Source: Syncephalis fuscata S228 | Taxonomy: Eukaryota > Fungi > Zoopagomycota | Length of the DNA: 64,000 nucleotides | Direction of reading: 5' to 3' | Assembly (NCBI GenBank): GCA_025786725.1 | Contig: JAHLTZ010000026.1 | Location: forward strand, 331,129-395,128 | Shown here: piece after piece, positions 12,309 to 28,717 of the stretch | Layout: every line of letters starts with the position of its first letter | Position numbering within the stretch: the first letter of the stretch is position 1 | The notes under the pieces: generated by a model | What the model was told of the DNA's origin: nothing | Database searches by the model: none | What the model saw: only the letters and a program-made list of their open reading frames with translations | Program-made: the position numbers and the translations under genes

Positions 12309-15300
12309 ATGGAATGGTAAGTTCTCGCGCTAGATGACCGATGATTGGACGCAGTCTGATGTCAATACTGTACTAGTATCAATTACAATCTATATGAAGA
12401 TATTTTGCAAAGTATAGCAGAAACAACGCAGAAAAGCACTACGTCACAAGATGATTTGAGGAAAATACTGGTGCAATGTCCGGTTCTTGAAGGCGTTAAC
12501 CTGACGATTTGATGGACGAAAATGGAGGGCGTCGTAACGAGGAAATTGTAAGTATATCAATAGGCTGGTCATGAGTATTGAAGCTAATCATGTATAATGA
12601 ATATGGAATTGAATGATTTAGACGCAGCGTGCCGGAAAAGCACTAGTGACACTAGCGCGTATGATTCCATCAGCACCAGCATCAGAGCAAGCACGTTTGG
12701 TTGATTATTTGCTAGAATTTCTACGCCAAATGCTAAGCTTTACATTTGAGGAACGACTTTATAAAGGTAAACTAAAGATACTTAATAAACAAATGTCATA
12801 TTTAACACAAAATCATTTTAGATAAAACGTTGATCGAGTCATTTACGCATGATTTGGTGGCCGAATTATTGTGCATTGCCATTAAATGTCCACAATTTGC
12901 AACGACGATTAGTCAAGAAGTTTGGAATTTTTGGAAGAGTTTTCAAGTGCACTGGCCCGAGATGATCTTGACCGTACTTTTTGTATGATTATGCCATCAT
13001 TGATCGGTCTATTGGACGCGATAGAGAAGACGGAATTTGTATTCCCTGACGAGTATTTCCGTCCATTGTTAGACTTGAGTGGCAAGTTATTGCACACCTC
13101 CGTGCTGGACCGAGTACGTGAAGCTGTGCAAGCCGCGTTTGATCAACCGGAAGGATCGTACGCCTATCGTTTGGCCCGTGTCGCATTAAGAAATTGCAAA
13201 CTATCTGGCAATTATTTAATTTTATGCTATTTACGCGTGATGAGTGCCTATCTAGCTAGACATCTTAATTTTGTATCGGATCAGTTTATGCCGCAAGCCG
13301 CCATGCTAATGACCGATCGATGGGCAGCTTTAAGTTCTCACGAAGCCGTATCAGCCCTTAGTGGTGGCGATGAAGCACATCGTGTGCTGCGTGGTGCTTA
13401 TGTGATGGCCGGACAATATTTTAGTGATTTGTATACATTTGCAATTACACTACGTGATGAAGATAAGATTTGTAGTTCCGATTTATATGCCAGTGACATT
13501 ATGAGTGTTAGTTTGGTAAGTAAAATAAACAGTAGTGCAGTTAATATAGTAACAATTGCATCACCACATAGATGGTATCCACACTAAGCGCAGTCCATTT
13601 GCGCAATGTAGATGAGTCGCTTTTATCTAAGCTGGATTCTGTTCTTGTCAATGGTCCATTACGTATTGGCAACTTTTCAGATACTATTCTTCATTCAGCT
13701 TGTTTGCAAGCATGTACGATCTTGGTTAAAAAGTTTGTATAGATTATAGATACTATTAATATAAATATTAATGATATATATATCTATATTTATTGGGTCC
13801 TAGTTTCCGACAACTTCGAGAAAGAATCGGTGATTTAATGGCCAATGCTCTTGTATCTCCCGCTACTTCATGGCAAACTATGGATGATGTGGAAGTCACT
13901 GAACTACGTGACATGACAGTCAATGCACTAGGCTGTTGCATGAAAGTAGTCAATGTATGTTTACATTTATTCAAGTTAAAATTGGTTTAAATTAATTATA
14001 TTATTATAATAATAATAATATTATTATTATTATAGGATACGGATGGTGATGAACGAGTTGTAGCACGTATCAACATGCTATTAAATGCATTATATGCACT
14101 GGCTATAACGTCAGATAATGCTGAAGAAGACTATATCCGTCATCGTTTGGTCAGCGAGAGTATTGTATCGGCTATTGCCGGTATTGCCAGTATATTAAAA
14201 GATAATAAGGTAGGAGCGATTTAGATAGCCATAGCCAAGTGACCCAACATCTATATACATCTAGGTGACCGCTTTCTGTTTATCTATTCTATCACGCCGT
14301 CTGGGCAATCCAGTATCTCCATTAGATCCAGTTATTCTAGCAAAACTGGTCGATATTGCACTAGTAGCACCAGAAACTGTATTTGAAGAAGTGATCCATA
14401 TGTTTACACATATTGGCAAACAGCGATCTTCATCAAAGAATGCCGCTATTACAGCTGCTGTAAGTAATGTGATCCACTGTAAATACACAGTATATTAATC
14501 AATTGACTATAGGCACTTCAAAGCCAATTATCGTTAGCCAATCGCATTAATTCACGACCTGATTTATATGAAGCACTTTTAAAGTCTTTATTAAATCAAT
14601 TTAACGAGAAAGGCGTCATGATCCAACAAATGATACAAGACAGTGGCAAGAACCAGCAAATGTCATCACTGGCGGCAGAATTGGGCGTTCTCCTTCCAGT
14701 GCTTCATGCTTTAATTAGCCATGATGATTTTGATGAAAAGTTGCTGCATAAACAAGAGGCAGCCGCACTTATGCGCAACGTCTGGTTCCATTGTGTACTC
14801 TTTGGATTCTGTCACGAACCCGCCTGGTTACGCGAATGGGGCGATGCTCTAAGAGGTATTGCTATGAAGACGCCATTATTAGTACCACCTAGTGCGGCTG
14901 CCTATTTAGATGAAGAAATAGCACTTAATTCAGTACTGCGTCGAGGATTCTCCGATCAAGTAAGTCGTAACAATAAGCCATAATAGCTATAACCAACCAT
15001 TACTGTAGATTATTCAAGCTTTACGCAATAATCTAGCATTGATTCTATCTGAACCACCATCAGCACTTCGTCAATTATCATTTGGACATCATATGTTTTT
15101 ATTGGCTGTTTACTACATGGAACTATTCCGTGCACAGTCTGGTTCTTGTTCTCATGTATTTAAATACTTTGAAATACCCGGCGTTAATGAAAATAGATTG
15201 GCTCCCTATTTACGTACCATTTCCGATAAAATACTTGAAGCGTTTATCGATACGCAAATGCAACAAGCCGACAGCATTAACGAACATACACAACAAGAAA

Positions 15301-18300
15301 TGCGCAGTCTAATGATTGGTAGCTGTCATGGTATACCCAATGCCCATGTTCAGTATTTAAGAGGTGCTGAGCGCATGGTCGGTCAATTCCCTATGCTAAT
15401 GGCCGATTGTAAGCTTGTTTATCTTGGTCTTGAGCTTGTCCATCTACTATGGCTTAGTTGCGAGGCTGAAACATTGGAAGAGGCAAGTATTTCATAGATA
15501 AATAGTATGAATGTTATTAATAACCCTATTTATAGTACTCGACAGAATATCATTTCACATCACAATTGTGTAATGTAACCCTTGAACTGCCAGATAATAT
15601 TGGTTATCGACGTGATTTATTAAGTCGGGTTAAAGCATCAATTGAAAACTGGATTATCATTGCTTATAAACAAAGTCCTGATGAAGTATCTGCCGTGTTA
15701 CAGGTAACCATCCAAGTATATATATACGCGTGCATATTTATTATTAACTGTTATAATCAGCATTATCTATTCCATACAGAAGAGAGTGAATTACACGATC
15801 TAGGTCATACAGGACGTGTATTAGCCTTGCAGATAGGACAGAGTGCATCGCGTAAGTATTGTATTAATAATAGTAAAATCAATTACACTAATACTAATAC
15901 TTGTAACATTAGATAATGTCGGTGCGTTAAAACATACCGGGTCATCATTTCTACGTGGATTTGCCTCAAGACAACGTAGTTGGGGACAAGTTTATAAGAT
16001 TGTTGAAGATCCAGATCTACCAATATCCGATAATGATATTGCCAGTGATTTGGAACATAAACTTGAAACGATGTTAACAAATGCTCGACGATCAATGACC
16101 GTGTGTCCATCTGAACTAAGTGAACAGCTACATCGAGCAGCCGTTCTTCTTATTAGTGCTAAAGAGGTAACTAGCGTAGGTTATTGTGTTATTATTAGCG
16201 TTAATATTCTTGTTTAGATTAATTATAAGATACTTGATTATGTCTGTGATACACCGGTGGCTGTATTTACACCAGAATCTATGAGAGCTGCCACTTCCGT
16301 TTGGTTATGGCTTTGTCTAGCTCGACCAGAAATTGAACCATTCTTGGCAGTTAAAATATCGCTTTGTTGGTCGGAAATGTTACGTGGTCGCAAGGGTATT
16401 TTCTCTGAGAGTTACAAGTTAGTCTTTCAATATCATAATAGTATAGTTATTAATATAGTTTATATAATATATTATAGTCTAACAGATCCAATGATTACCA
16501 AGATGCACTATGCGCCATCAGAAAAGAATCCACGCTATCGACAGAACCGTATGGCTATTAGAGCATTTGCCGCCCATACTATTTGGATTAAATTCTTTGC
16601 CAATCATTTTGAAGTAGTTCGTATGCGTAGTCAAGATTTGGTTCGGTTCTTTACCAATACCCTTATTGTTACCTTTTATAATCGACAAACCTTTAGGTAT
16701 GAATTAAAGGTATGGACATTTACAATACTAATTTATCTATTGTTGATAGTAATCATCCATTGGCCCGTGAACCTATATTCCGACTTATTCGTCTTGGTCT
16801 ACGAGTACTTGAACGGGCCAACATCGATGTTGTGTGCGAGTATCGTTTCCGGTCATTATTGTATAATGCCGCATTTGTATGGTTCTCAGGTCCACCCAAA
16901 TGGAGCTCTAATGGCAATAATAAGCTGGCCGCCCAGGAAGTTGAACTATTACTCGATGTTTACCAAGCAGTTCAAAGCGATACAGAAAGTATTGACCAGG
17001 CCGCATTTGAACACCAAACCAACATGAGACGTGACAGTACACAATTACCTGGATTAAAGGAATTACGCGATACGGCGAAAGATATTGCCCCCGGTCTACT
17101 TAAGAATATCCACCCCGTATCACTCAATGGTAAGTTGTTACTTAATAATAATAAGAATACCAATACCATAACCAGTTATTTATATCTATGTTTCTATTAG
17201 ATAATCTAAGACGATTTTCAAGATGGAGACGTTTATTGCTATTGTTACTAGAAAGTGAAATTAGTCGATTGGGTGCATGGAATAATCCAATTCTTGGTAC
17301 AACATTTACTCCATCCATTTCCAAGAGTTTAACTGATGTACGTTTACTATATTACTAATGATGAATTACTAGTTATTAACATGCATATTAATAGGATGCT
17401 TGGAAGAATGCTATACGATATGCATGGGATGTATCACGTGAATTGGCATTTGGTCTATTATCTCGATACCGTACACCTATTTTAGAGGCTGAAGTACTTA
17501 ATCTACTAACAACTGATCCCAATCAAGCAGTTGGTATTCCAGAGGCTATGCCTTATTTAGTTGAGCATTTACACGAACTATCATCATTCCAACATAAGGT
17601 TAGTTTTAAATGATAGATAGTAATCTATACTAATCTATACTAATATGTATTTGTATATATATATATATATATTGATTAGTATTTACTTTATTGGCATCCA
17701 GTGCCACCAGTGACAGCCATTACGTATTTCATGCCCCAATATACTGGTCTACCACAAATGTTACAATACGCCATTCGTTCACTTGAACACTTTGATGTCA
17801 ATCTTGTCTTTTTCTACATTCCTCAACTTGTACAAGCACTTCGATATGATCGTCTTGGTAAGTAGATGGTATAAATACTATAAGTTATTCTAATATATAT
17901 ATATATGTGTGTGTGTGTATGTGTGTATATATGTATATATGTATATGTGTATATGTGTAGGTTATGTTGAAAAGTATATTATTGAAGCAGCACGTGTGTC
18001 TCAATACTTTGCCCATCAAATTATTTGGAATATGAAGGCCAATATGTATAAAGATGAAGATTCTCAAATAGTAAGTTGATAATAATAATAATATTATTAT
18101 TACTTAATATAATATTTAATGTTAATCTATTATAACTATAGCCTGATGATTTGAAATCAGTACTGGATCGTATTGTTGATGAAATTGTTAATGGATTATC
18201 TGGAGAGGATCGATCATTCTATACACGTGAATTCACCTTCTTTAATGAAGTAACTGGTATTTCTGGTAAACTTAAACCATTCATTAAAAGTAGTAAAGAG

Positions 18301-19909
18301 GAGAAGAAGGTAATAAAGTACACGTAATGAATACACAATACTAACTATTTAAACTATTTAAACTATTAAATATAGAAAAAGATCGATGAAGAGATTCGTA
18401 AAGTACATGTTGATGTTGGTGTCTATCTACCAAGTAATCCTGATGGCATTGTTATCGGCATTGACTATCAATCAGGTAGACCACTACAGAGTCACGCTAA
18501 GGTTAGTAATAAATAGATTAATATTGATACTTTATTAATATTAATAACGATTGATAATGATAGGCACCATTTATGGCTACTTTCCGTATTCAACGTACAA
18601 TTGAAGAAGAAAGCCCAGATACCGCAGCACATAATAGTGCATTGGTATCAACTTCATCGGTAGTGGCTACTTGTTCGGATACTGCAGTAGAGAGTAAAAA
18701 GAAAGCGGTTGTACCCAATAAGCGAACAAGCAGTCTAATCCAACGAGATCCATTAATGTTAAAGAAACGATCTCGCGTAATTGAAACTTGGTTATCGGCC
18801 ATTTTCAAAGTAGGCGATGATTGTCGACAAGATTTATTGGCCCTCCAATTGATTGCCATGTTCCGCAGTATATTCGATGCTGCTGGTCTAGATTTATGGG
18901 TATTCCCTTATCGTGTCGTTGCTACAGCACCTGGAGTAAGTGGTTAATTATTAGTAATTGGTAGAGGAATAGGACTAATGACACTCGCTCCATTAATAGT
19001 GTGGTGTTATTGATGTTATTCCCAATTCTATATCGCGTGATCAATTGGGTCGTGAAAAGGTTAATAGTCTCTACGAGTAAGTATTATGCTGTGTAATATT
19101 TGTATATAGTTACTAATCGTTAATAGTTATTATATTACTAAATTTGGTGGTGTCGACTCGATTCGATTCCAACAAGCGCGTAATAACTTTATTAAAAGTG
19201 TTGCGGCCTATTCAGTCATCTCTTATTTACTACAATTTAAGGATCGACATAATGGCAACATTATGATTGACTCGGAAGGCTATATGATTCATATTGGTAG
19301 GACCATTAGTGTAGGTTAGTAGATTTAACCAACGCTTTTATAATATATAGATTTTGGATTTATATTGGATATTTCACCGGGTGGTATTAATTTTGAAAGT
19401 TCTCCATTTAAATTGACCGCTGAAATGATTCAAGTAATGGGTGGTAATGCCGAAGTACAGCCATATAAATGGTTCTGTGAATTATGTATCAATGCTTACC
19501 TAGCCAGTCGGTAAGTATATCATTGAACTATAATAATAATATTTAATTCATTTACTTCATTTCTATTAGATCTTATATGGATCAGATCTGTCAGATGGTT
19601 GAACTTATGTTAGATTCAGGACTTCCTTGCTTTAAAGGTAAGTAATTCATTGGTTAATTAAGATATAATTATAATAACATTATAACATTATTTAGGTGAA
19701 ACGATTAAACGATTGAAATATCGATTCCAACCAGAAAGGACTGAACAACAAGCAGCTCAATTTATGCTTGATCGTATTAAGGAATCATTTGAGAATAGAC
19801 GTACTGTTTGGTACGATTCTTTCCAAAAGGCCACGAATGGTAAGTAGGATACACATAATTAACTAATTACTCATCATACTAATTGATATCTATAGGTATT
19901 CCATATTAA
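12309..19909 (+). CDS. STT4: Phosphatidylinositol 4-kinase type III alpha; many exons
   Basis: [71 protein letters not shown] and C-terminal NGIPY*. Confidence 0.97.
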
Positions 19910-20209
19910 ATATTCATTCTAGGGTATTAGATAGGGTAATTGTTTATCATATCTATTATATCCATTTATCCATTCATCTGTTTGACTATATCTTAATTCT
20001 ACATATGAATAGTTCAGTATCATTAAGAATAAATAAAGTAATAAACCATTCTTATATTCAATCAATTGTCTGTTTGTAAAGTAGGATGTGTGTGTGTGTA
20101 CTATAGATGTAATGGTAGTAGTAGCTGTTGTTGTTGTTGTTGTTGTAGTAGTGTAGTAGAATACTAATGATAAAGTAGTCATTATCAAGTATATCGACGC
20201 CTAGACACG

Positions 20210-20768
20210 TTAATGTGGTCCTGGGAATCCACCACGCATACCACGACCACGACCACGCGCTATTTAAACATAAATATAGATTAATAAGGTATTATATATA
20301 TATTAGTTGTTTAATATTTACCTTGAGCACGAGCCACTGTCGCTCTACCACGTCCCATACCAACACCACGTCCTTTAAAGGCATTGGGTCCCATTTGTAG
20401 AAACATAGGCGCGTTCTTTAACATATCCGGTACGACAAAGAAACGAATCTGTGAACCACGTACATAGACCTGATCAAGATGGGCCGTTCGTCCATCGCGT
20501 TGCGTCACCGTAATATTACGCATCTGTACATTCATATTGTCCTCGGCTAATCGTATTAGAGTGCACAAAAATGATATTGTAGATTAGAAAACGTTTAATT
20601 GATTCAGCGCGGTCAACGATCTAACCACCCGATGATGTCTTGTGGTAAAGAGAACGCGTACTTACCTTCATACAATTTACCACGATAAGTCTGACCCGTT
20701 TTAAGTTCAAGTGTCACGATATGGCCCTGAGCCTCGTGTAGTAACTTGATAGGAACACCGATAGACAT
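20210..20768 (-). CDS. SMD3: Small nuclear ribonucleoprotein Sm D3; 3 exons
   Basis: [48 protein letters not shown] and an RG-rich tail. Confidence 0.97.
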
Positions 20769-21803
20769 AATTGATTACGGTTACGGTTATTGCTATGGTT
20801 GGTTAATCAAGTAAAACAACCACCTTGGTAAATGAAAACAAAAGGAAAGAAAAATACTACTCGTTCGTTGGATCAATGGATACTAGATGAACATTCGGAT
20901 ATTAATTAGACATGTCACGTGATATTGTATGTTTGTAATGATGGATCACTCAAATTAGCGTATTTACAACATTAGTATGAATTACTGTATCAATATTAAT
21001 AATAGTGTTATTAGCTTAGTATTAATATTAGTAGTTGGTATGAATTATCTTAATGATTATAGTTGTATACAATAAATATAATAGTTTATTATTCTATAAA
21101 CCATTTAAATACTTGTCATGTGTGTATCTATTTGTGTGTGTATTTATTTGTGTGTGTGTGTGTGTGTTGACATCAACTAATCATCCAGTCAACACACACA
21201 CAAATAGATACACACAAATAGATCCACACGCAGTATTGTGGCCATTTTCTTTCTTACCCTCTCTTACTCCTCTTTCATCTTACTTCACATTGGATTGACG
21301 TGCGTGCCTGTGTACGCGGCTGTTATTTCATACTTCTCGTCTAGTCTGGTAAGTAAACAACTGCGGTGTTTCTAGTACTATTATCTAGTCATCTACTGTC
21401 TATGGCATATATCTATGTGTGTATGTATGTGGTACATAGCGCGGATGATAAATGTAGAGTGGCTAATACGCAAATACACGTCCGCTATTTCTCCGCGCTA
21501 TAAACTACGACTTTTATGGTATGACTTATGTTACTTGCTATTACTACTACAACTACCATAACTACTTAATATAGCTATTATAAGTATAACCATACTAACT
21601 AGTTATCTTTCTTTTAACTTTGCTATTTAATATTTAATATTTAATATTTAGCCTTGTTACTAAGCCTATACCTCAAGTAAGTAGATGGGTTGTCTAGTAT
21701 CTATATAGACATATATAGACAGATATATATATATAATATGGCTGAGCTAACTATAATACTTTATGACCTAGCCTATATAACTCTACTCACTTTCTATTCC
21801 ACG

Positions 21804-22173
<370 letters not shown>

Positions 22174-22417
22174 TAAAAGCATAGGCTTTGTTTTATGCGT
22201 GGATGATGCGCTATAGTATGTGTCTTGTCAATTGATTTTAATATACTAAAAGACGTATCAAATCATTAATTTATATTGAATTTTAATGTGTATGCCTTGT
22301 ATTATATATATTATATTATATATATATGTATGTATGTATGTATGTATAGTTTTATACCATGTTAGAAATAATCATTTATTAGTTTATATTTAAACTGAAG
22401 CATTGAACACTATTCTT

Positions 22418-22900
22418 TTATGCTACAGTTCTTGTGGAGGTGGATGTTGTTGTTGCTGTTGCTGTTTTATCGTCTATCGGTATAGCTTCATTGCTTTCAG
22501 GCGTGCTAGACATTCGATTCTTCCAGCCACGGGTGCGTGCGCGTAGTCGTTCACGATATGCCTTTGCCTCTTTGCCGCCAAAGTCATCTTCAACATTAGG
22601 TGGTTCGGGGAAGTTAAATTCGTCAGCGAGCGTAACAATTACTTTCTTCCAAGTTGGATCTCGCTTTACGCGCGGTATACCTGATTTCGTTATATGTGTG
22701 CGTTCACGGCCGAGAAATACGGCTGTACGTACATCAAGTATACGTACACCATAGACGTGCCATAGGTAATCGCGTACGTCAAGTTTATTGACGTGTGGTT
22801 CAACGCGAAATACCGCTTGATTTGGTGGCAGATTCGAACGCACTAGCGTAAGGATCAGATTGGGAAAATAGACGCGCTTTGTACCAAGTCGAAAGGCCAT
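22418..22900 (-). CDS. MRP20: Mitochondrial ribosomal protein uL23m
   Basis: FRLGTKRVYFPNL, AVFRV...NKLDVRDYLWHVYGVRILDVRT and WKKVIVTL. Confidence 0.9.
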   Translation of the reverse strand: MAFRLGTKRVYFPNLILTLVRSNLPPNQAVFRVEPHVNKLDVRDYLWHVYGVRILDVRTAVFLGRERTHITKSGIPRVKRDPTWKKVIVTLADEFNFPEPPNVEDDFGGKEAKAYRERLRARTRGWKNRMSSTPESNEAIPIDDKTATATTTSTSTRTVA

Positions 22901-23223
22901 CGTATAACAATATAACAATATAATAAAGAACAATAGCCACGTAGTCAATAATCTGCCAAAAGAAAGGAAAGAAGAAAAGTCTGTCAAACTATGTGTGTGT
23001 GTGTGTATTGTTATAATAGAATATTAATGACTGATTAATAAAATAAAATATAATGTAATGTATATGTGTGTGTGTTGTGTTTGTGTGTGGCAAATGAATA
23101 GAAAAAGTAATTATGAAATTTTGGTTTTCTTTTTTTTCCTTGTATTGTTCTTTCAATTCTACTCGTCTATAGACGATTTACTATTGTATTTCTGTACACG
23201 CTGGTTTATGCACGATTAACGAC

Positions 23224-25245
23224 ATGTCACAACCAACACCGTCCTATCGACGACTGGCCGTGAAACAGTACCCGCGACTAGCCTCACAGAAGGAAAATAT
23301 TGATGGCAAGCATTGGAAGAAATTACAGGTAAACTAGCGTCTATTAAAGAAGACTGGCTAGTTCTAACACTAATGGTATGGTCTATTATAGGCACCGGCA
23401 CTTATTAAAGAATATGGTACTATCAACGCTATTGCCTTCTCGCCTGTTGCACCGCATGATTTTGCAGTAGCTGCTTCAGCTAGAATACAGCTTTATGATG
23501 GTCGTACGCGAACAGTACAGCGCACTGTCTCGCGTTTTAAAGAGCCTGTTCATTCTGTCGACTATCGTAGTGATGGTCGTTTAATAGTGGCAGGTGACGG
23601 TGAAGGCTTGGTACAAATATTGATGCAAGTAGTCGCGCTATTCTTCGCACACTGCGTGGACATACACGGTGGGTTATTATAGAATGAATGATCAAAGAAA
23701 AGTAGATTAATTATATGTTTATTAATCATTATAGACCAGTGCATGTTACGCGGTTTGCTTCCAACAATACACAAATACTTAGTTGTTCCGATGATCGATC
23801 TGTACGACTATGGGATGTACCAAGTGAACAAGTAGTTGTACAATTCGATGAACACCAAGTAAGTGATTAGTATACAAGATAGAATATAGTATTTAATATT
23901 AATATGTATACTATATATTGTCTATTAGGATTATGTACGAGCAGGTCGATTCTCTACTGATTCTCCATCGCTATTTATTACCGCTTCATACGATCATACA
24001 GTTCGGCTATGGGATGCTCGAATGCAACAATGTGCTATGACCATGCAACATGGACAGCCAGTTGAAGATGTGATTGCATTCCCAGGTGGTGGTCTTATTG
24101 TATCAGCGGGTAAGTTGTTATATCTATTTAATTAACTATATTTATTTGATAATATACACTAGGTGGCCCACTACTTAAGGTTTGGGATCTATTGGCGGGT
24201 GGACGACTTGTCCAGGCCATTGGTAATCATCAAAAGACGGTGACCAGTTTGGCATTTGCCTTAAATGGTACTCGACTCATGACAGGTTCGCTCGACCAAC
24301 AAGTAAAGATTTATAATCCACTTAATTGGCAAGTGGTGCACACCATCTCGCAACCAGCTCCGGTGCTCAGTCTAGGTATATCAGTAAGTATTTTGGTATT
24401 TGTATTAATTGGTAATTAATGGTCTATTATTTTATAGTCAGATGATTCAGTGTTAGCAGTGGGTCTATCCAGTGGCATGCTGTCACTGCGACATCGCCGT
24501 CAAACAGCCGATGAATTTGCCCTTCAGTCTGAACGTGATGATGCAGCCCGTCGTGATATCTTTGACTTTAGATCACATGGCGGTATGAGCCATGACGGTA
24601 CTCAGGATGACTTTGTCGTTGAAGCACGCCGTATTAAGAAATTGGCTGTTTATGACCGATATCTACGCTCGTTCCAGTATGGTAATGCATTAGACGCGGC
24701 TCTAGGCGGTGTAAGTAATATTGATTTACTGAATATGTATAGCTTATATAATCTATTAATCATTGTTATTACTACTATAGGGACATCAGTAGTTATTGTT
24801 GTATCGTTATTGCAAGAACTTATTCATCGTGGTGGTTTACGTATGGCTTTGTCACGACGTGATGATGTGGCATTAAAACCACTTTTACGCTTTTTGTGTA
24901 AAAATATACGACGACCACGTTTTACCGCTACACTCATTCAAGTGGCAGAAGTGGTGCTTGGTAAGTATGATGAGCATAACAACGATAATGAATCCATTAT
25001 TAATGCGATATCTTGTAACAATAGATATTTATGAGCCTGTACTATCGGACTCGCCATTAACGGCCGATTTACTGGCTAAATTAAAAACGGCCGTACACCA
25101 AGAAGTACGCCAACAAGAGGAACTAATGCGTGTTATGGGTGCCTTGGAAATGGTTCTATCCATGGCTACACTTAGTGCTACTTCAACTACCGCTAATACT
25201 TCAGAAGACTTGCTCGATACTACCACTATAGAAACGAGCCATTAA
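23224..25245 (+). CDS. UTP15: U3 snoRNA-associated protein 15 (WD40 repeats plus UTP15_C); apparent 1-bp indel near 23620
   Basis: FSPVAPHDFAV, YRSDGRL, DYVRAGRF, NHQKTVTSL, YDRYLRSFQYGNALD and ELIHRGGLRMALSRRD. Confidence 0.92.
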
Positions 25246-26746
25246 TTGTTTGTTTATGGATTAGACCAGTCCTAGTATTCATTGATGGCATGCCTTCACT
25301 ATTATGTTATAAATGCTTATTACTCTCCTCTTTAAATATTGCCGATGTGTATTTGCGTCGGATTTGCATTTGAGTTTCAATTGTTTGTCGGGGCAATAGA
25401 ATAGAAACGTGTTTATATGTCGGCCTATGAATGACGACGTGTTTGTTCTATGCAGACTGGCGTTGCATATGGAGTGCAGTCATCTGCTGAGGACTAGCTG
25501 CAGCGTTACCTGCATAACGCCAGTATTAACTGCAAGGTCGTGTATGGCATATGCACGCGTGTAGTATAAGTGTGATGGGTAGAGCTATTTCACTTTAAAC
25601 CCATATATCTTATTTAGTTTATTAGTTCAATATAACCATTTATTAATAATTTGTAATAGCTTAGTGGCCAAATGACTATATTTAATAACACCTAATCTAT
25701 TGAACATGGTGATGGGCGGTGAGTGACATCAATCATCAAATACTCATTATTGTAGATTCATTATCCAGTACGCATATATCCACCATTTACCTATATCATT
25801 TCCATTCTATTACATACTACTATATATCATTCTACGATACACTAGACACATTATATTCATTATATGTTTCAATATATTCCACTCATTATATTATATGCAC
25901 TATAACTTTAACATCGTTTTATATCCCTTCATACCGTATATTTATCATTCTATACTCGTTTATCCTTTCTCATCCAAAACTGTTTTTATTTTTGTTCTAC
26001 CTTTATTATTAATAAATCTCAGCTCAATCAACAAGTATCAGTATCCATAAGCTATAAAATTAAAGTTAAAAATAAAATAATCCATGCTGTACGTAGATGC
26101 AACAACGACTGCGGAATGACATGGAATTGGATCATATGGCTTCTATTGATATTTAATCAATCTTTCTACACATGGCCAACAACAATAATGATCAACTTCA
26201 AATGTTCCAAAGAAATCAAATAATACGCTATATTTTTATTTAAATCGATTTATTAATAGAATATTTATTTGGAAACGATATAATTATGGTGTGTATAACC
26301 GCATGGCTTCAATTAGAACGAGTTTTGCTTTGAAAACTCAAAATAGAATTCAACGTGATGGATGATGCATAGAAATACATGATAATAAGCAAAATTAGAT
26401 CAACAATAATAGAGCGATACTACAGTAATAATGATAGTAATAAAGGTCTATTTGACCAATTATATGCCACACAATAGTTATTTGGGATTAAATAGCGGAC
26501 ATTGTATGTAAAATCTTAATTGGTAATACAAGTTGGGTAATTTATCAAACAAACTATTTATTTACACATACTTATACAAATATATACATTTATATGAGAG
26601 AATAGAAGTGTGTGTGTATAGCTATCGGTAATTGGTGTGGATGGGTGGATGTATGCATATAGAAACTAGACAGGTATTGATCATATCCATACAAATGGAG
26701 AGAGAGAAGTAGAATGACGAGCGGGAATCCATTTCATTCGACTCCT

Positions 26747-27078
26747 ACACACACACACACACACACACATACACACGCACACATTGAGAGACAGAGAGAA
26801 GGCCACACGTGTATAGAAGGCAGCTTGCACATCAAGTTCCTTCGTTCATCTTATTCCTCTTTCACTCTCATCGACTACTACTACTACTATTACTATTCTT
26901 ACTTCATCTATAGCCTGTCTTTGCCAGTGTTTTGTTTTATCTGATTACTTTGCTGGTTCTACTACACTTTCTCTATACTATATACCTCGTTTATTGAGGT
27001 GGCTGTTTTATTGTGCTGATTAGTTTTACTGAGTGATCTTGGCCGCGCCAAATCTCGGCGACTAAACACCGCGACTAT

Positions 27079-27113
<35 letters not shown>
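26747..27113. repeat. Microsatellites (AC)n and two (TAC)n tracts upstream of the MAPK gene
   Basis: Direct inspection: (AC)n ~26747-26781; (TAC)n ~26875-26895 and ~27076-27113. Confidence 0.8.
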
Positions 27114-27116
<3 letters not shown>

Positions 27117-27290
27117 TTTTTTGGACGTTGTGTTTGTTAAAGTAATAAAACACGCGCCCAGTTTATTATCTTGTGCCAATCGTAGTACTGGTAAGTAAGA
27201 AGGGCCCGTAACAGTAAAAGGGCGACGTGGTGCGTGCACAGACAAATAGCGACTAACATTGACTGGTACGTGTAAAGATATAGTTTCACC

Positions 27291-28717
<1,427 letters not shown>

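Noticed and set aside
25470-25525. TPP-riboswitch-like GGAGTGC...GCTGAG...ACCTG
   Set aside because: The P4/P5 elements are incomplete and there is no thiamine-related gene adjacent.
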